64,000 bases of DNA from Kiritimatiellia bacterium (GTDB lineage Bacteria; Verrucomicrobiota; Kiritimatiellia; RFP12; DVOR01), in NCBI GenBank assembly GCA_017558005.1, contig JAFYWN010000007.1, forward strand, positions 9,374-73,373, given 5' to 3'. Made by a program: the position numbers and the translations under genes. Positions 1 through 9,608 of the stretch are shown here, piece after piece. Below the pieces are notes generated by a model. The model saw only the letters and a list, made by a program, of their open reading frames with translations. It ran no database searches and had not been told where the DNA came from. Numbering within the stretch: the first letter of the stretch is position 1; every line of letters begins with the position of its first letter.

Positions 1-73
1 GGTCCTTCGAAGGCGGAAATGCGTTCTTCGCCCACGGTCACAGAAGCCTCTTTTACTCGCTGAACCAAAAATC

Positions 74-352
74 TCATTTTGCACGCTCCTGCTTCGCCGC
101 TGCCGCAAGCTCATCTCTCACATACGTCAAGTTTCGCACGGAGATTCGCATTGAGTTATACCGCACGAAGACCATGCCCTGCTTCATCTGCACCTCGGGT
201 GGTGTTTCATTGTCCAACGCCTGTAAGGCTTGTTGCAAAACAACGAAATCTACCCCCGTGGCAGGCTCAATCAAAGCCTCTTTCCAGTCTACCCGTCGGC
301 ATCCGACCAACAGTAAACCGCAGCAAAGCAAGCATCCCAACGTCCGATTCAT
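74..352 (-). CDS. Small putative lipoprotein (92 aa) downstream of ftsZ.
   Basis: The complete ORF has an N-terminal hydrophobic signal with a lipobox-like LLLVGC. Its start overlaps the ftsZ stop by 4 nt (349-352), suggesting translational coupling. I recognise no homology. Confidence 0.35.
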   Translation of the reverse strand: MNRTLGCLLCCGLLLVGCRRVDWKEALIEPATGVDFVVLQQALQALDNETPPEVQMKQGMVFVRYNSMRISVRNLTYVRDELAAAAKQERAK

Positions 353-1512
353 CGTTTCAACCGAATATTACGTCTCAAATAGGTCGGCTCGTCATAATTG
401 ACACCGTCGATAATCGTGCGCTCCACGTCATCAAAACGATCCTTCACCGCCGTCAAACCCTTTGCGCGCGCCTGGCGACTAGAACGTTTGCGCCCCACGG
501 GCTGCAGTGCATCTTCGCTTGAAAGCATCTCGGTGCCACTTTGCGTAAAGGCGAAAACGACCACCTCTAATTTCCCATTAAAGGAGGCATGGTTTACCGT
601 CCCTAAGAGGATTTCGGTTTGTTTATGGAAGAGGCCACGTAGCCCATTCATCAAAACATTTAATTCGCTCAAACGCAAATCTTCTCCCGCCAACACGCCC
701 ACGATTGCCGTACGCGCATTCGCGAGACAATTAATCCCGCGCAGTTTAAATCGAGAAGAGTCCGTAATCGCAGTGACCACTTCTGCTGCACGGGTCTCGC
801 CCACTGCCGAAGCATCAGAAAAGGTAAACGGTAGCGTCAGCGAACCTTCACGTTCCAATAATTGGCGCAGATGCTCTACATCAAATTGCAGATAACCCGG
901 ATGCACCAAAAGCGTCCAAAGCAAACTCACCCCCGCGGAAAGACGATCGGCGGCGTATTCAAACGACTGAGCCGCAGTTAATCCCTCTGGACCATCCTTC
1001 AGCAACGTCGCCAACGGCACCACAGTCGCGGCATTTGCATTCGCCATAATTGTGGGGACAACCACCGAAGCGCAGTGTTTACGATCATCCCCCTCAAAGG
1101 GTAATGGCTCTGTTGCAAAAACAATATTCGCAATGCCACGTTCATTCAACAAGCGCAACAAGGGTTCGCAAGCACCCGAAGTGCCACCACCACAGCAGGT
1201 CAAAACAATCGCCAAGCGCGGAGAGCCAATCTGTTGCAATAACGTCTGTGCATCATCACGGAAGGCACTCATGCCAAAGACATGGTCGCCACCAGTTCCC
1301 TTGCCGTCTAAACGTTGCGTGCCAAAAATTGTGACAGAGACACCTTCGATATGCGGATTGGTCACGGTTTGCAACACCGCATCATCTGTGTCTAATACCA
1401 AAAGTCGCATGGGCGGTTGGCTCGGGTCACGTCGCACATTCCCCGCGATTCGTCGCGCAATGCCCGCCGCAGCGCCACCTAACGAAATAAAAAGAAGATC
1501 GTCTGCTTTCAT
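349..1512 (-). CDS. ftsZ: Cell division GTPase FtsZ (divergent).
   Basis: It lies immediately downstream of ftsA in the dcw cluster. Tubulin/FtsZ-like blocks are present (ISLGGAAAGIARRI, LVLDTDD, CCGGGTSGACEP, VFATEPLPFEGDDRK), but the canonical GGGTGTG signature is replaced by GGGTSGA. Start chosen at MKADDLL (1510-1512), 2 nt after the ftsA stop. Confidence 0.75.
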   Translation of the reverse strand: MKADDLLFISLGGAAAGIARRIAGNVRRDPSQPPMRLLVLDTDDAVLQTVTNPHIEGVSVTIFGTQRLDGKGTGGDHVFGMSAFRDDAQTLLQQIGSPRLAIVLTCCGGGTSGACEPLLRLLNERGIANIVFATEPLPFEGDDRKHCASVVVPTIMANANAATVVPLATLLKDGPEGLTAAQSFEYAADRLSAGVSLLWTLLVHPGYLQFDVEHLRQLLEREGSLTLPFTFSDASAVGETRAAEVVTAITDSSRFKLRGINCLANARTAIVGVLAGEDLRLSELNVLMNGLRGLFHKQTEILLGTVNHASFNGKLEVVVFAFTQSGTEMLSSEDALQPVGRKRSSRQARAKGLTAVKDRFDDVERTIIDGVNYDEPTYLRRNIRLKR

Positions 1513-1516
1513 GCAA

Positions 1517-2719
1517 TTAACCCCTGAAGAAAGTACGAAGACGCGTAAACACGGACGGCTTATAAACCTCATGCGCCAAAGACTGCATGCGCCACTTCAA
1601 AAGACCAATAACCGTCGCGTAGCGATAAGGCGCCTTTTGCACCTCTTCTGGCAATTCTAATACATTGATTGGTACGCCGATTCTGCAGGGTGATTCCATG
1701 ATGGTGCTCACCTGCTCCGTAATATTGGGCAATGCCGCCGAACCACCGGTCAACCACACGCCGCCATGGAGGTTTGAGGGAAACACGCCCTGACGATGAA
1801 GAATGTCACGCAACAAATGAAGCGTTTCATTTACACGTTCAGTGGTCACCGTCTGGATGGCATGCATCGAAACGGTGCGATCCATGCTAAACGTTGAACG
1901 CAGGTTGTAACGTTCATTCGCCAAGTCTGGCTGAATTTGTGCCGCACCGCAATCAATCTTCATGCGTTCGGCAGTGTCTTGATTCACCTGAAAAGCATGC
2001 GCCAAATCATTCGTCAAATGTTGCCCACCGATACCTAACGTACCAGCGGCCACCACGATGCGATTGGAAATCGCTAGATAATCACACGTGCCAGCGCCAA
2101 AATTAATAACCAAGGCTCCATCCGAACGCGTCTGCGATTCCAATACCGCTGCCGCATCTGCACAACCCGTAAAAATTGTATCCACAGGACGCAAACCAGC
2201 TTGCGTAATCGCAGAAAGGAGCGCTTCAGAAGCGGTTCGTGGCACCGTCAATTCCAACAAGGAAGCCTCAAGCAGATTTCCCTTCATGCCTACCGGATTT
2301 TCCACCGATTGATCATTCACGCGAAAACGCTGCTTGAACCGTTGCAACAACACATCTGGCGAATTGGCCGACTCAGTGGAAAATGCTAATTCCTGCGCCT
2401 CTTCCGCATCTTCTTCCGTCATTACGGCGAGTGATACAAATGACTTCGTGCCGGTACGAGACGTCGTCTTAATGTCTTGCGCAGAGAGACAGGTCACCAC
2501 ATCGTAAATATCCACGTTGTAACGCGAACTCATCTCCGTAAAGACCTTACGAATTGACTTCGCCACATCGCCAATGTTACGAACAACCCCCTTCTTTACA
2601 CCATAGGTCGGCGTTGAGACCACGTGCAATACACGCAGTTGCCCCTCTTCCATCTCACCCGCAGCAAGCGTGGTTGTTTGCGTGCCAACGTCAAGTGCAC
2701 CTAAAAGCTGTGTAGCCAT
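1517..2719 (-). CDS. ftsA: Cell division protein FtsA (actin-like ATPase).
   Basis: The N-terminus LGALDVGT resembles the FtsA phosphate-1 motif, and the protein is 400 aa. It sits between ftsQ and ftsZ. Confidence 0.85.
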   Translation of the reverse strand: MATQLLGALDVGTQTTTLAAGEMEEGQLRVLHVVSTPTYGVKKGVVRNIGDVAKSIRKVFTEMSSRYNVDIYDVVTCLSAQDIKTTSRTGTKSFVSLAVMTEEDAEEAQELAFSTESANSPDVLLQRFKQRFRVNDQSVENPVGMKGNLLEASLLELTVPRTASEALLSAITQAGLRPVDTIFTGCADAAAVLESQTRSDGALVINFGAGTCDYLAISNRIVVAAGTLGIGGQHLTNDLAHAFQVNQDTAERMKIDCGAAQIQPDLANERYNLRSTFSMDRTVSMHAIQTVTTERVNETLHLLRDILHRQGVFPSNLHGGVWLTGGSAALPNITEQVSTIMESPCRIGVPINVLELPEEVQKAPYRYATVIGLLKWRMQSLAHEVYKPSVFTRLRTFFRG

Positions 2720-2731
2720 AACCTCAAAATC

Positions 2732-3619
2732 CTATTCTGAAACCGTCACACGATCCGGAGCCATCGCATTAAAATGCGTCATCCCCTCCGCCGCAGAAGA
2801 ACGCAATACACGCGCAATTTTGTGCAATCGATCCACCATTCCCTCAGAAATAGCCGTCTCTGTGGCCATCCCATCCCAGGCAATGTCAATCTTGCGCCCG
2901 TCCACAAGTGTAACCTTCAAACCATCATCTGGATCAATCCCAAGCAATGAAACACGTTTAACAGCACTCGGGAAAAATTTTGTCGTATCCGATGCCACAG
3001 AGAGCAAGCGTAACATACAGTGCAGCGACTCGGGCAACTTCTGTCCTGGGCACAACACCTCATCAGGCAAATCGAATCCCCCGACTTCAGGATAGCCTCC
3101 TGTCGCACGTGAATAGATGAAGATCATCCCCTCCTCATCCACCACCAATGGCGGGCGAATGTCACCTGCGATTTGCGCTAAAGGCATACGCTCTTCCACC
3201 CAAATCTCCAACTTCCCGCCGACCGTATAGGTCATCTTTGCATCTTTCAAAATCGGCATTCGCTGACAAAGACGTTGCACGATATCCGATTGCACCAACT
3301 CATACCCATTTCGAGGCTTTGTGATATCAAAACACTGGAGGATATACTCTTGCGTAACGGTTGAATTACCTCTTACAACAATATCTTCTGGCGCAATCAT
3401 AAACGCATCATTACTGTGGTAGTAAATCTTTAGCCCCCAAATAACTAATGCCACCATCGCAAGGCAGAGAACCAGCCCCTTAAAGCGCAACAACACCTGC
3501 TGGAGTCCCGCCATGCAGAGTGCCAAAAACTGCACAATCTTACCGCGCGACTGCGTCTTCGCCTTCGTGGATTTTCCTCGGCGTTTACCAATCGTATTCA
3601 GATCATCCATTCCGCTCAA
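2732..3619 (-). CDS. ftsQ: Cell division protein FtsQ/DivIB-like (POTRA-containing).
   Basis: It lies between ddl and ftsA. A basic N-terminus is followed by a single TM segment (LLRFKGLVLCLAMVALVIWGL) and then a periplasmic domain, as expected for FtsQ. Confidence 0.6.
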   Translation of the reverse strand: MSGMDDLNTIGKRRGKSTKAKTQSRGKIVQFLALCMAGLQQVLLRFKGLVLCLAMVALVIWGLKIYYHSNDAFMIAPEDIVVRGNSTVTQEYILQCFDITKPRNGYELVQSDIVQRLCQRMPILKDAKMTYTVGGKLEIWVEERMPLAQIAGDIRPPLVVDEEGMIFIYSRATGGYPEVGGFDLPDEVLCPGQKLPESLHCMLRLLSVASDTTKFFPSAVKRVSLLGIDPDDGLKVTLVDGRKIDIAWDGMATETAISEGMVDRLHKIARVLRSSAAEGMTHFNAMAPDRVTVSE

Positions 3620-4521
3620 TCCACCCGATCAAATTCTGCACGCTCAATCAACTGCGCACATAACGTTGGGAAATCCATCCCCGCGCGAGCCGCCGCCTCT
3701 GGCAGAAGACTCGTCGCCGTACATCCAGGCGTAGTATTAATCTCAAGGATGTAAGCCTCACCCTCATCTGTCACACGGAAATCAACGCGTACAGCACCAC
3801 GACACTTCGTTGCGGCCGCTGCTGCCACTGCAATTTTTTGCACCCGTTCCGTCAATTCAGAGGTCTCAGGATAAACATGGCGCGAGCCACCAGCAGCATA
3901 CTTCGCCGTAAAGTCATACCATCCGTTCGGCGCAATAATTTCAATCACTGGCAAGGCCTGACCATTTACCACCCCCACGGCCAATTCACGACCAGGGATA
4001 TAAACCTCTGCCAATGCCTCACCCGCAGCATCCTGCGCACAAGCTAAACGCACGGCATCAGCCCACTGGCAGGCCTCCGTTACCTTAGAAAGTCCAACAC
4101 TTGACCCATCCCGTGGCGGCTTCACCACTGCAGGCAATGGCAATGGACACGGAGCATCCGCTTCAGCAGCCGTCACCGTTACCCCTTGAGGTGTCTTAAT
4201 TCCAGCCGCTTCCAATACACGCTTCGTTGCCACCTTATCCATGCACAACTCGCTCGTCCAAGCGCCAGGACCTGTGTAGGGAATTTGACGAGCATCAAGA
4301 TCACGTTGAATACCGCCATTCTCGCCGTATCCACCATGCAAAGCAATAAAGACCGCCTCCACCCCATCTGGAAGCTCATCCAAAGACTCTTGAGTCAATC
4401 TCACTGGCAGCACTTCATACCCAGCATCACACAATGCCTTTGTCACTGCCTCACCTGAGCGTAAAGAAATCTCTGCTTCATGGGAAACACCGCCCATGAC
4501 TACCGCTATACGTTTTCGCAT
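3616..4521 (-). CDS. ddl: D-alanine--D-alanine ligase.
   Basis: The N-terminus RIAVVMGGVSHEAEISLRSG is Ddl-like, and the C-terminus carries an ATP-grasp block (EINTTPG). It occupies the expected position upstream of ftsQ. Start trimmed to MRKRIAVV (4519-4521). Confidence 0.85.
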   Translation of the reverse strand: MRKRIAVVMGGVSHEAEISLRSGEAVTKALCDAGYEVLPVRLTQESLDELPDGVEAVFIALHGGYGENGGIQRDLDARQIPYTGPGAWTSELCMDKVATKRVLEAAGIKTPQGVTVTAAEADAPCPLPLPAVVKPPRDGSSVGLSKVTEACQWADAVRLACAQDAAGEALAEVYIPGRELAVGVVNGQALPVIEIIAPNGWYDFTAKYAAGGSRHVYPETSELTERVQKIAVAAAAATKCRGAVRVDFRVTDEGEAYILEINTTPGCTATSLLPEAAARAGMDFPTLCAQLIERAEFDRVD

Positions 4522-4702
4522 GCCGAAATCCTCTATAAACGTTGCTATTTTATCAAATTTAACCCCATTCCACGAGCCCCACCCCCACATTTACCCCTAA
4601 AAATACGAAAAACAACAAAAAACAAGCCCCTTGACGCACATCAAGGGGCTCCTAAAAGTAATTGCATTGTAAGGCATCTAATAAGATTGGACACCTACGA
4701 CA

Positions 4703-5149
4703 TTACTTACCCAACTTGGCATTCAATGCTGCGTTTGCCTTGCGAGCACGAATTGCTTGTGCCATGTCGGTGCTGACGATACGTTTGCCCAACGGGTTAA
4801 ACGATGCTGCTGCAAGCTTGAAGGAGGCGATACCGAAAGGAATACCCACGATGGTGCAGAAGTAGCAGAGGCCCAAAAGACCATATGCGATCGCCGCCCA
4901 CAATCCATAAAAGATAATCCAAAGAACGGCCGCAATTCCGGTTCCTGCAACACGTTTTTCACCTACGTCTTCTGCATTCACCAACTCTTTTCCAAACGGG
5001 AAAAAGCCAAACATAGCCAAGCGGAAGGTAGCCACCCCGAACGGGATACCGATAATCGTGATGCACCACAATGCACCGGCGAGAATCATAGAAAGGCCCA
5101 TAGCCCAACCGCCTAAAATGAACCACAGCAAATTACCAACAAACGCCAT
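4703..5149 (-). CDS. YccF-like inner membrane protein (DUF307).
   Basis: There are two repeats of the GIPFG membrane motif (IIGIPFGVATFRLA and IVGIPFGIASFKLA), with size and hydrophobicity typical of YccF. Start trimmed to MAFVGNLLWF. Confidence 0.7.
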   Translation of the reverse strand: MAFVGNLLWFILGGWAMGLSMILAGALWCITIIGIPFGVATFRLAMFGFFPFGKELVNAEDVGEKRVAGTGIAAVLWIIFYGLWAAIAYGLLGLCYFCTIVGIPFGIASFKLAAASFNPLGKRIVSTDMAQAIRARKANAALNAKLGK

Positions 5150-5374
5150 AACTACCTCTTTGTAATTGCCCCGAAGTAACTTCTTTGATATAGATGGAGC
5201 ACTCTCAACCAAAGCTCTTGATGATCCAAAATGGTCTTCAAAGATTAATAGATACTATACTACCCTCATCCAACGTATGTCAAATATTTTTTGCGCCGAA
5301 TGACAACCACGCTCTAACACCTTATACATTGCATGAAGCAGTAAGCATCATAAGTGTATTCAGCATAAAAAAAC

Positions 5375-5874
5375 TCCTCCTCTCTACGCACACTAAAAGT
5401 GTAGCAAAATGGAGACAAGTAGTCAACTCTACCGACCCAGGTAAGCGAAAATTTCGCGGTAGGTAGGCGAAATTTTCGCTTGAAAATCGGCGACTTTGGT
5501 CACCCAATTTCGCTGACTTTGCTCAGGAATTTCGCTGATATTGCTCGCCAATTTCGCTGATATTGACCCGAAATTGTTTTAGCTTTCCCCAAAAAAGCTG
5601 CTACTTGTTGATAACTTTTCTAGCACCTCTACCCCAAAATTTCGCAAGGAAGCGACTGTAGCGGAGTTAATCTTGCCCTATTTTTGATTTATCTCTTTAT
5701 TTTTCAATGAGTTATGACCTTTTAACGAGATTGAGCAAAAAGGCCAAAAATCCGACAATCCGCCGAAGATTTTTCAAAAAACTGCGTCGAAAAAAGTGAA
5801 TTGTTGATAACTTGTTGATAACTCAAAAAAGTTTTCAACAGCCGAAAAATCGATAAAAAAGTACAAAAAGTGAC
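5375..5874. repeat. Copy A of a ~500-bp non-coding repeat element, with an inverted partner at 39046-39537.
   Basis: Reverse-complement alignment to 39046-39537 gives roughly 80-90% identity by eye. Three 22-bp direct iterons (AATTTCGCTGA at 5506, 5528 and 5550) are present. TGTTGATAA occurs at 5606-5614, 5802-5810 and 5813-5821. There are near-palindromes GCGAAAATTTCGC and an AT-rich tract (5680-5720). Confidence 0.8.
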
Positions 5875-6268
5875 AAACCTGCGTAAGGAAAATTTGAAGG
5901 GATTGAAGGGATAAAAGCGATAAGAGCGATAGAAGGGATGATGTGGGGACGCCGCCGCCCCACTCCTCTGTGAGAGCGCAGCTTATCGTAGCCCCTGCCC
6001 ACCGCGGCAGAGGTGAGTCCTGCACGCTACGCATCCTAGCGGATGCTTTTACTGGTGCTCTCGAGGAGGAAAGAGAGGAAGCTCCGAGGTGCGGCGGAGG
6101 CCGAAGAGCGCTTCGCAGGGGGGGGTCACGGGGAGGTGTGGCTGCGCGTAATGTACGGATAACACCGCTTGATTTTTTCGCATGGACGCATTTTTTGAAT
6201 GCGCAGTTATTGGCAAGTTTGGTATGATATTTATGTTTAATTTATTACAATTAAAGTAAGGAACGATT

Positions 6269-7441
6269 ATGAAGTTGCTGAATCAAACTGTTACAGCCAT
6301 CGCCCCTTCTGCGACACTTGCAATTACAAGCAAGGCTGCCGAACTTAAAGCCCAGGGTATCCAGGTCTGCGCATTTGCCGCAGGTGAGCCCGATTTTAAC
6401 ACTCCCGATTGCATTAAAAACGCTTGTGAAGCGGCATTAGACGAACACAAAACGCGTTATGTCGCCGCTGCTGGTTTGCCGGAATTACGTACGGCACTCA
6501 GCGAAAAGCTCCAGGCCGAAAATGGTGTGAGCTACGAACCCTCTCAGATTTTGGTTGCCAATGGTGGTAAACATGCCTTAGCACAGGTCTTCCAGACGTT
6601 GATTAATCCGGGTGACGAGGTGATCATTCCTGCGCCATTCTGGTTGTCCTACCCCGAAATGGTGCGCGTGGCGGGTGGTGTGCCGGTCTTTGTGAAGACT
6701 TCGGTTGAAGACGGCTTCTTGATGAGCCCCGAACAACTCGAGGCCGCCATCACGCCCAAGACTGTGGCCGTGGTGATGAATTCTCCCTCCAACCCCACCG
6801 GCATGATGTACACGCCCGAACAGCTCCGTGCAATCGGCGAAGTGGCGATCAAGCATGATATTTGGGTGGTCTCCGACGAAATTTACGAAAAGATGGTCTA
6901 TGGCGGCGTGGAACAGGCTTCCATTGCAGCCTTTGGTCCTGAATTTTATGACCACACCATCACGGTGAACGGCTTCTCCAAGACCTTCGCAATGACCGGT
7001 TGGCGCCTGGGTTATGCCGCAGGTCCAAAGCCCTTTATGAAGGCGCTTTTTGCTCTCCAGAGCCACTTAGCATCCGCACCGAACACCTTTGCACAGTGGG
7101 GCGCAATTGCCGCACTGAAGGAAGCAGGTCCTGATGTTGCAACGATGGTGAAGGCATTCGCTGAACGTCGCGAACGCATCTACGCCTTGATGTCGGCGAT
7201 TCCTGGCGTAAAGTGCCCGAAGCCGGAAGGCGCTTTCTATGTCTTCCCTGACATCTCCTCCTTCGGCATGACCTCGCTTGAGTTCGCTCAGCGCCTCTTG
7301 GAAGAACACCATGTGGCCGTGGTGCCTGGTATTGCATTCGGCGACGACACCTGCGTCCGCTTGAGCTATGCCTGCTCGATGGACAACATTGAAGAAGGTA
7401 TGCGTCGCTTCACGGCATTCTGTGCTTCTTTGAAGAAATAA
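6269..7441 (+). CDS. Class-I (fold type I) aminotransferase, aspartate aminotransferase-like.
   Basis: The motifs NSPSNPTGMMYT and FSKTFAMTGWRLGY (the PLP-lysine region) are typical of AspC/AAT-like enzymes. An AAGGA RBS lies 7 nt upstream. Confidence 0.85.
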   Translation: MKLLNQTVTAIAPSATLAITSKAAELKAQGIQVCAFAAGEPDFNTPDCIKNACEAALDEHKTRYVAAAGLPELRTALSEKLQAENGVSYEPSQILVANGGKHALAQVFQTLINPGDEVIIPAPFWLSYPEMVRVAGGVPVFVKTSVEDGFLMSPEQLEAAITPKTVAVVMNSPSNPTGMMYTPEQLRAIGEVAIKHDIWVVSDEIYEKMVYGGVEQASIAAFGPEFYDHTITVNGFSKTFAMTGWRLGYAAGPKPFMKALFALQSHLASAPNTFAQWGAIAALKEAGPDVATMVKAFAERRERIYALMSAIPGVKCPKPEGAFYVFPDISSFGMTSLEFAQRLLEEHHVAVVPGIAFGDDTCVRLSYACSMDNIEEGMRRFTAFCASLKK

Positions 7442-7457
7442 TCTCGGAGAAATCCAA

Positions 7458-9608
7458 ATGTACTGTCACAAGTTTTTCCGCATGGCGCGCACCATGCAGG
7501 CGGCTCTGACTTGCGGTGCAGACGTCGAACACTTAAAAGAGCTCGGCCGTCGTTATTGGTTAGTACTCTCCTGCCCTGTTGCCGCAGTCGGCGATAATGT
7601 TGCGGCACCGTTGCTTGATACTGACCATGATGGACGCGTCCAGATTCCTGAAGTCTTGGCAGCGATTGAGTGGTTGAAGCCACGCTTGAGCTCCTTTGAT
7701 GTGCTCTTCACCGCAGCGGAAGGACTTGTGGCAGATGACATTTGTGCGGATACCGCAGAAGGTGCAGTCCTACGAAAGCTCTTTGATTCGCTTTCTGGCG
7801 GTAAGATGCTCTCCTCTGCCGATCTAACGACTGCAATTGGCGCCTTCCAAGCGGGCGCGGCGAATGGCGATGGCGTCATTCCGGTAAGTGCAGTAGATAC
7901 GAAATTTGCGCCGTTGGCCGAAGCGATGCTCGCAGTTACTGGTGGTACAGCGGGATGCGACGGTAAGAACGGAATCGCGGCAAAGGACGTTGAAGCCTTT
8001 CGTGCCGCACGTGAAGCCTACTTAAAGTGGACAGCCGACAAACCTGAAATCGGCGAATCGCTCAATGGCATTGCGCCAGCAGATGCGGTGGGATGCGTTG
8101 AACGCTTAACCGCCAAGGTTGAAGCCTTCTTTGCGGCAGGTGAATTGCTCCGTTACAATCCGGCTGCACAGGAAACCTTTGCCTTGCCGACGACCCCTGA
8201 GGCGCTCGTTGAGGCGCCCCTTGCCAAGCTCACCCCTGAAGCAACCGCGATCCCTGTCTCACAAGGCGTCAACCCTGCGTGGGCTAAGAATTTGGCAATG
8301 TTGGGTAAGCTCTTGGATGAAGAGTGCATTACCCCTGTGCTTTGGGAAAAAGCACAGGCGCTCGTCGCCCCATATAGCGCATGGGCCACCGCCAAGCCAC
8401 AGGGTGCAGACTGTTTCGCGGGCATGGACGAACACCTCTTCGCCATGGCAGGCGAGCCTGCTGTCCTTAAGACCATTACGGACGCCATTGATGCAGATAG
8501 CGCCAATGCTCCGCTCGCAGCGGCCTTTGAAGACCTTAAGAAGTTGACAGCGCTACGTACAGACCTATTACCCTTCTTGCAGAACTTCGTCAACGTTGAA
8601 GCGCTCTATCCGCCGAAGGCAAAGCCCCTCTTCTTGACGGGTTCCCTCTACATGGATGAACGAGCTTGCTCGCTCTGTTTCCCGATTGAAAAAGCTGCCG
8701 CCGCGCATGCTGCCGCTGCAACCGCTTCAAAGTGTTGCCTCGTTTACTGCACGCTGACGCGTCCTGCCGACAAGGCTACGCGCACCATTTTGGCTGTCTT
8801 CACCACCGGCACGGTCAACAACCTCACGGTCGGCAAGCGCGGTCTCTTCTTTGACCTTGAAGGCAAAACGTGGGAAGCGGTCGTTTGCCATGTCGTGCCC
8901 AACGTCATTAGCCTAACCGAGGCCTTCTTCACCCCGTGGCGTAAGGTGGGCGAGGCCATTACGGGCACCTTGCACAAGTTTATTGCAAGCAAAAACGATG
9001 TAGCCACGGCGGCATTAACGACAAAGGCCACCGCTACCACAACCGCCGTCACCTCTGGAACTGCCACACCTGCCGCAGCTCCTAATAACAGTGCGATGAT
9101 GGCCTCCGTCGCCACCCTTGGCATTGCACTCTCGTTTGTGGCATCCGCCGTGGCAGGGATTGCCTCTGCCTTGACGCAGACACCACTCTGGAAGACGGCC
9201 CTGGTCGTGCTCGGATTCATCTGCATTGTTTCGGTGCCGAACGTCATTCTCACGTGGATCAAGTTGAGAGCACGCGACCTCGCGCCCATCTTAAATGCAT
9301 CTGACTGGGCAATTAACCGTACGATTGGCTTCACGGCTGGGCTTGGCAGGTTCTTTACGCAGCGCGCATCATACGTTGGTAAGCGCTTGATTTGCCCGCC
9401 GATGAAAACGGCTCATCCTGTTCGCAACACCCTCTTCATTGTGGTCATTGTAGCCGCAGCGCTGACTGCCGCTTGGTGGTACTGCTGCCCAACTTCGCCT
9501 CGCAATAAGGTTGAGCCCCAAGCAGAAGCGCCTGCCGAAACGACTACAACTGCCCCCGCAACTGAAGTGGCTCCGGCGGCTACAGCAGTCGCCACGGAGG
9601 CCCAGTAA
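7458..9608 (+). CDS. Hypothetical Ala-rich protein with three C-terminal TM helices and a Thr/Ala/Pro-rich tail.
   Basis: It is a long ORF (716 aa) with a GGAG RBS 8 nt upstream. The C-terminus has three hydrophobic helices followed by a low-complexity APAETTTTAPATEVAPAATAVATEAQ tail. I recognise no family. Confidence 0.6.
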   Translation: MYCHKFFRMARTMQAALTCGADVEHLKELGRRYWLVLSCPVAAVGDNVAAPLLDTDHDGRVQIPEVLAAIEWLKPRLSSFDVLFTAAEGLVADDICADTAEGAVLRKLFDSLSGGKMLSSADLTTAIGAFQAGAANGDGVIPVSAVDTKFAPLAEAMLAVTGGTAGCDGKNGIAAKDVEAFRAAREAYLKWTADKPEIGESLNGIAPADAVGCVERLTAKVEAFFAAGELLRYNPAAQETFALPTTPEALVEAPLAKLTPEATAIPVSQGVNPAWAKNLAMLGKLLDEECITPVLWEKAQALVAPYSAWATAKPQGADCFAGMDEHLFAMAGEPAVLKTITDAIDADSANAPLAAAFEDLKKLTALRTDLLPFLQNFVNVEALYPPKAKPLFLTGSLYMDERACSLCFPIEKAAAAHAAAATASKCCLVYCTLTRPADKATRTILAVFTTGTVNNLTVGKRGLFFDLEGKTWEAVVCHVVPNVISLTEAFFTPWRKVGEAITGTLHKFIASKNDVATAALTTKATATTTAVTSGTATPAAAPNNSAMMASVATLGIALSFVASAVAGIASALTQTPLWKTALVVLGFICIVSVPNVILTWIKLRARDLAPILNASDWAINRTIGFTAGLGRFFTQRASYVGKRLICPPMKTAHPVRNTLFIVVIVAAALTAAWWYCCPTSPRNKVEPQAEAPAETTTTAPATEVAPAATAVATEAQ

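Noticed and set aside
5194-5466. A 90-aa ORF whose C-terminus resembles the ORF at 39444-39632.
   Set aside because: The amino-acid similarity comes from the nucleotide-level inverted repeat and stops exactly at the repeat boundary. There is no RBS, and the rest of each ORF is unrelated.
6578-7066. A 162-aa ORF antisense to the aminotransferase gene.
   Set aside because: It is internal to a well-supported gene, with a His/Gly-rich composition typical of antisense GC-rich frames.
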